DNA from: Candidatus Thorarchaeota archaeon
Lineage (GTDB): Archaea > Asgardarchaeota > Thorarchaeia > Thorarchaeales > Thorarchaeaceae
Direction of reading: 5' to 3'
Assembly (NCBI GenBank): GCA_016839605.1
Contig: JAEOTX010000116.1
Span: 1-19,963, forward strand
DNA: 19,963 nt
A model generated the notes under the pieces. It was not told the origin of the DNA, did not search any database, and was given only the letters and a program-made list of their open reading frames with translations. How positions within the stretch are numbered: position 1 is the first letter of the stretch; each line of letters opens with the position of its first letter. This document shows positions 16,255 to 19,963 of the stretch, piece after piece. The position numbers and the translations under genes are program-made.

Positions 16255-17253
16255 CTACTTCATCTTCTCTTCATAGTACACATTGGGTGTATATGTCCGA
16301 GGCCAATGTGGGGCATTGTCTAGAATTGATTCTATCTCATCCAGAGTTGTCTTAGAAAGGGTGATATCTGACGCCTCTGCGTTCTCGATTACCTGCTCTG
16401 GTTTGGTCGCACCAATCAATACAGCTGATACCTCCGGCTTTCTAAGAATCCATGCTAGGGCAAGTTGCGTCATTGAGATGTTCATCGACTCTGCGATTGC
16501 TGTCATCTTGACGATTTTCTCCTGAACTTCCTCTGTCAGATACTTGAGGAAGCCCTCCATACGTTTTCCACGGCTGTCCTCTGGGATTCCATTGTTGTAT
16601 TTTCCAGTAAGAAGTCCCTGATACAGTGGACTCCACACCGTTAAGCCCATGCCGTGACTCTTTGCCACCGGCATTATCTCAAGTTCGATGTGTCTGAAGA
16701 GCATGTTATACATTGGCTGTTCCACGATGGGTCTCTGCAGTCCATGCTCCTTGGCAATCGCATGAACACGCTCCAATTGAGCCGCAGTCCATACCGATGT
16801 CCCCCAATATCGAACCCTCCCAGAGTGGATGAGATCATCCATGGTTTCAGCTGTTTCTCGAATTGGGGTTGTCGTGTCAAACCTGTGCAGGTAGTAGATG
16901 TCGATATGATCTGTACCCAGACGGTCCAACGTCCCATCTATTGCGTTCATAATGTTCTTGCGACTGTTTCCCCAGTCTGTGACTGCATCGCTTGTTGGCC
17001 AGAAGACTTTGCTCGAAATCACGAGGTTATTCCTGTCAATGTTCTCTTCAACTAACCACTCACCAATCACACTCTCTGCCTTTCCGCCGGCATAAGCCTC
17101 GGCGGAGTCAATGAAATTAATACCCTGTTTCAGGGCAGTGCTCATACAGTCCTTCGCTATCTGTTTCTCAACAGATCCGCCATACGTCAACCATGAGCCA
17201 AGGGACACATCGCTAATCTTCAGTCCGCTCTTGCCTACCTTGCGATATTTCAA
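16255..17253 (-). CDS. Aldo/keto reductase (Kv-beta-like subfamily)
   Basis: LGSWLTYG, catalytic tetrad in FIDSAEAY / ISSKVFW / YYLHRFD, WSPLYQGLLTGKY and QLALAWIL...IGATKPEQ..EN. TTG start with a GGAGG RBS. Confidence 0.93.
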   Translation of the reverse strand: MKYRKVGKSGLKISDVSLGSWLTYGGSVEKQIAKDCMSTALKQGINFIDSAEAYAGGKAESVIGEWLVEENIDRNNLVISSKVFWPTSDAVTDWGNSRKNIMNAIDGTLDRLGTDHIDIYYLHRFDTTTPIRETAETMDDLIHSGRVRYWGTSVWTAAQLERVHAIAKEHGLQRPIVEQPMYNMLFRHIELEIMPVAKSHGMGLTVWSPLYQGLLTGKYNNGIPEDSRGKRMEGFLKYLTEEVQEKIVKMTAIAESMNISMTQLALAWILRKPEVSAVLIGATKPEQVIENAEASDITLSKTTLDEIESILDNAPHWPRTYTPNVYYEEKMK

Positions 17254-17485
17254 ATCAAGTCCTCCTGTTCAGAGAACGAACTTAACTATCTTAAAGTTAT
17301 TGTTGAAGCCGCTCGCTTATCGTATTTCAGGCCCCACAGTCTTGTGCTTGTCTTGGCCTACATCTACTTGTAGCCCTATCAGAGGAGAGGTTGAACTCTC
17401 CTTGACACCTCTTTTTCTATCAAAGAGCAAGCTTGAAAGCAGCATCCAAGCTAACTCTGTACGAGCTCAGATTTGGGTGGACAAT

Positions 17486-17701
17486 ATGACTTGCTATTTT
17501 CGACATATCACACGCGTCTTTGAGGAGATAGGCATAGAGGTCACTAAAGAGAATAAACGTGCTATTGATCAGATGATTCACGAGTTAGTTGGTGTGGAAT
17601 ACAAGGACTGTTCTACTGCTTGGAAGAAAGTAAAGAAGAGGCTTGCAGAAAACGAAGATGGTTTTATCGCCAACCTTGGAGCAAGAATCGCAAAGATGTA
17701 A
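17486..17701 (+). CDS. Small hypothetical protein (71 aa, MTCYFRH...)
   Basis: ATG 17486 is preceded by GGTGG. The helical, charged sequence has two Cys and two His. The upstream part of the 196-aa ORF overlaps the AKR gene and is unlikely to be coding. Confidence 0.75.
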   Translation: MTCYFRHITRVFEEIGIEVTKENKRAIDQMIHELVGVEYKDCSTAWKKVKKRLAENEDGFIANLGARIAKM

Positions 17702-17752
17702 ATCATTGCATATCCGACACAGTGATATCATACAACCTACTCACAAAGCATC

Positions 17753-18787
17753 ATGACAGGGGCAGAGGAAAGCAGTTCAGGCAGGGGAAGCCTTCCTGTT
17801 TATTTTGACGAAGATGCCAATCTTGACCTGCTAGATGATATCGTTTCAATCATCGGATATGGCAATCAAGGTCGAGCTCAGGCTCTCAACCTGCGAGATT
17901 CAGGAGTCGACGTCATTGTGGGCAATGTCAGAGACCAATATTGGGAGACCGCAGCGTCTGATGGGTTTGAGGTACTTGAAATTCGAGAAGCCGTTAAGCG
18001 GGCTCGCTTTGTGATGATTCTGATTCCAGATGAAGTCCAACCCGAGGTGCTTGAAAAGAGCGTCCTTCCCGTAATGACTCGAAACAAGATCTTGTGTTTT
18101 GCCTCTGGTTACAACATCACCTTCGGGCAAGTCACCCTTCCTGATGACTTTGATACGATTCTTGTAGCTCCCCGGATGATTGGTGTTGGCGTGAGAGACG
18201 CCTATGAAAACGACCGCGGATTCTACGCTTTCATTGGTGTTCACAACAACTCGTCGGGAATGGCAATGCAATATGCTATGGCTATTTCAAAAGGTATTGG
18301 AGCCACTAAGCCTAGTGGGGCACTTCTTGAAGTGACATTCAGACAGGAAGCAGAGCTCGATCTGTTCAATGAGCAATGCTTCGGTCCTGCATTCGGCCAG
18401 GTCCTAACAACAGCTGTGGACGTTGCTGTTGAAGCTGGTTACCCCCCTGAGGCTGTGCTCGTTGAAATCTACATGTCTGGCGAACTGGCGTATACAATGG
18501 AGAAAATCGCCAAGATGGGTACTCTGAAGCAGTTAGAGCTTCATTCTCCAACAAGCCAGTATGGGAGTATGTCCCGTGGTATAAGGTATGCAAATCCTGA
18601 GCTCCGTGAGCAGATGCAAAAGTCTCTTGGAGAGATTCAAGATGGCTCATTCGCTGAGGAGTTCGCCAAGGAATACGAGCTCGACTTGGAGATTCTAGAT
18701 GACATGAAAGAGATGGCGCAAGATGTACCTATTGTGGTTCTGGACAAGGAAGTCCGGAAGAAACTCCGATTTAGAAGTGACAAATGA
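17753..18787 (+). CDS. ilvC: Ketol-acid reductoisomerase, class I (short)
   Basis: IIGYGNQGRAQALNLRDSG, ILIPDEVQ, FASGYNI, TFRQEAELDLFNEQ, AGYPPE, SPTSQYG and IQDGSFAEE. Confidence 0.92.
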   Translation: MTGAEESSSGRGSLPVYFDEDANLDLLDDIVSIIGYGNQGRAQALNLRDSGVDVIVGNVRDQYWETAASDGFEVLEIREAVKRARFVMILIPDEVQPEVLEKSVLPVMTRNKILCFASGYNITFGQVTLPDDFDTILVAPRMIGVGVRDAYENDRGFYAFIGVHNNSSGMAMQYAMAISKGIGATKPSGALLEVTFRQEAELDLFNEQCFGPAFGQVLTTAVDVAVEAGYPPEAVLVEIYMSGELAYTMEKIAKMGTLKQLELHSPTSQYGSMSRGIRYANPELREQMQKSLGEIQDGSFAEEFAKEYELDLEILDDMKEMAQDVPIVVLDKEVRKKLRFRSDK

Positions 18788-18862
18788 CGAGGTTTTGTTG
18801 TTTCTCTGCGTTGAGGTAAGGGTTGATAGGCGCGAGACCCCCGAAACCCTCGGTGCTAATCA

Positions 18863-19561
18863 TTGAGAGCCACAGTAGATGACATCACCGTGATCAGGTC
18901 TGGAACAACTCTTCGCGACCCTGAGGCCTGGGATTCTCGATACGATAATGAGAACCATCGAGACTGGGAGCAGTTTCTAAGGACCTATAGTCTTGCCACA
19001 GTGACGCTTGTCAAAACAGACGGGTTGAACATATTGATAGACACAGCATGGGAACCCTTAGAGACCAAGACGAACCGTCTAGTTCTGGAACTCCAGTATC
19101 ACGAACTCGGGCCAGAAGATATTGATGAAATTTTCATCACACATTGGCACGGTGACCATTTCCTCAACATATCCCTTTTCCAAAAAGCTCGAGTCTTCTA
19201 TGCGGGATGTCCTCCGAGATTCATAAAGAATAGAATGACTGACATGAATGCAGAGAATGAAACGATAAAGCTCAGGGAAGGTGAGGATTGGCATTCGGGG
19301 CTGTCCATCATTGCTACACCAGGTCATTCTAATCATGATCACTCTGTTGTAATGAATCACAAGAAGAGAGTGTTTGTAGCCGCCGGGGATTCAATCGTTT
19401 CCAAGATGTACTATCATACTGAAACATTCTTTCCTAATGAACGAATGGAGAAGCATCTTGGTGAATTGAAAGATTCATTCAAGAGAATCATCGATCTAGC
19501 AGATTTCATCATTCCTGGGCATGACGGACCGTTCTATAACTACAAGAAAGGAGAAGTATGA
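18863..19561 (+). CDS. Metallo-beta-lactamase-fold hydrolase (MBLAC1-like)
   Basis: ILIDT, ITHWHGDH, TPGHS, AAGD and IIPGHD. The TTG start is uncertain. Confidence 0.88.
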   Translation: MRATVDDITVIRSGTTLRDPEAWDSRYDNENHRDWEQFLRTYSLATVTLVKTDGLNILIDTAWEPLETKTNRLVLELQYHELGPEDIDEIFITHWHGDHFLNISLFQKARVFYAGCPPRFIKNRMTDMNAENETIKLREGEDWHSGLSIIATPGHSNHDHSVVMNHKKRVFVAAGDSIVSKMYYHTETFFPNERMEKHLGELKDSFKRIIDLADFIIPGHDGPFYNYKKGEV

Positions 19562-19565
19562 AGGC

Positions 19566-19963
19566 TCATTCTTCTCCATCCATTTCCTTGAAATCTAGCG
19601 AAAGCGAGTTGATGCAATACCTGAGTCCGGTAGGATTGGGGCCGTCATCAAAGACATGCCCTAGATGACCTCCGCAGTTCTTGCAGACAACCTCGGTCCT
19701 CCTCATCCCATAGCTATTGTCCGGCGTGAGGTCGACACTCTCGTTGGAGAGTTTTTCCCAGAAACTGGGCCATCCACTTCCTGACTCGAACTTAGTGTCT
19801 GACGAGAAAAGTTCGTTTCCACAGCCGGCGCAAACGTAGACACCATTCTCTTTATGATACACATACTTCCCACTGAAAGGGGGTTCTGTTCCGCACTGTC
19901 TGAGAACTTTGAATTGCTCAGGATCGAGAGTCAATTTCCATTCTTCTTCTGATTTCTCTACCA
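19566..19963 (-). CDS. msrB: Peptide-methionine (R)-S-oxide reductase MsrB (5' end at or just beyond the window edge)
   Basis: [42 protein letters not shown] and RYCINS. The frame continues upstream as VEKSEEEWK to the window edge. Confidence 0.95.
   Translation of the reverse strand, partial: VEKSEEEWKLTLDPEQFKVLRQCGTEPPFSGKYVYHKENGVYVCAGCGNELFSSDTKFESGSGWPSFWEKLSNESVDLTPDNSYGMRRTEVVCKNCGGHLGHVFDDGPNPTGLRYCINSLSLDFKEMDGEE

Noticed and set aside
17111-17485. N-terminal 125 codons of the 196-aa ORF
   Set aside because: It overlaps the AKR gene antisense and its promoter region. A better start with an RBS exists at 17486.
18819-18853. Weak inverted repeats (AGGGTT/AACCCT, CCGA/TCGG) between ilvC and the MBL gene
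   Set aside because: The stems are only 4-6 bp, which is compatible with chance.

Overview
Archaeal chromosomal window, most likely from an Asgard archaeon (Thorarchaeota-like). This is inferred from gene content, GGTGA/GGAGG ribosome-binding sites, TATA-like boxes, and a giant surface protein with a longin-like tail. About 17 protein genes are present: a 5'-truncated acidic surface protein, a sugar-phosphate isomerase-like TIM barrel, mscL, a TIGR04076 protein, a ~1900-aa single-pass surface protein with 588-nt tandem repeats, an AlkZ-like glycosylase, two small membrane proteins, a histidine phosphatase, a HAD hydrolase, a tandem Lrp/AsnC regulator, a GT-C glycosyltransferase, an aldo/keto reductase, a small hypothetical protein, ilvC, an MBL-fold hydrolase and msrB (5'-truncated). 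No mobile element, CRISPR array, tRNA or rRNA was seen. The most striking unexplained signal is the 500-nt gap at 11188-11687. It holds a TATA-like box followed by ~300 nt (about 11338-11645) that I can fold by hand into many helices, including putative pseudoknots and a long stem ending in a multi-way junction, with G-U pairs favouring the + strand. I cannot match it to SRP RNA, RNase P RNA, 5S rRNA, tRNA or tmRNA, so it is a candidate undescribed large structured ncRNA. Other highlights are a receptor-like protein (Ig-like stalk, TM helix, Mon1/Fuz-type longin domain) and an apparently circularly permuted MscL.
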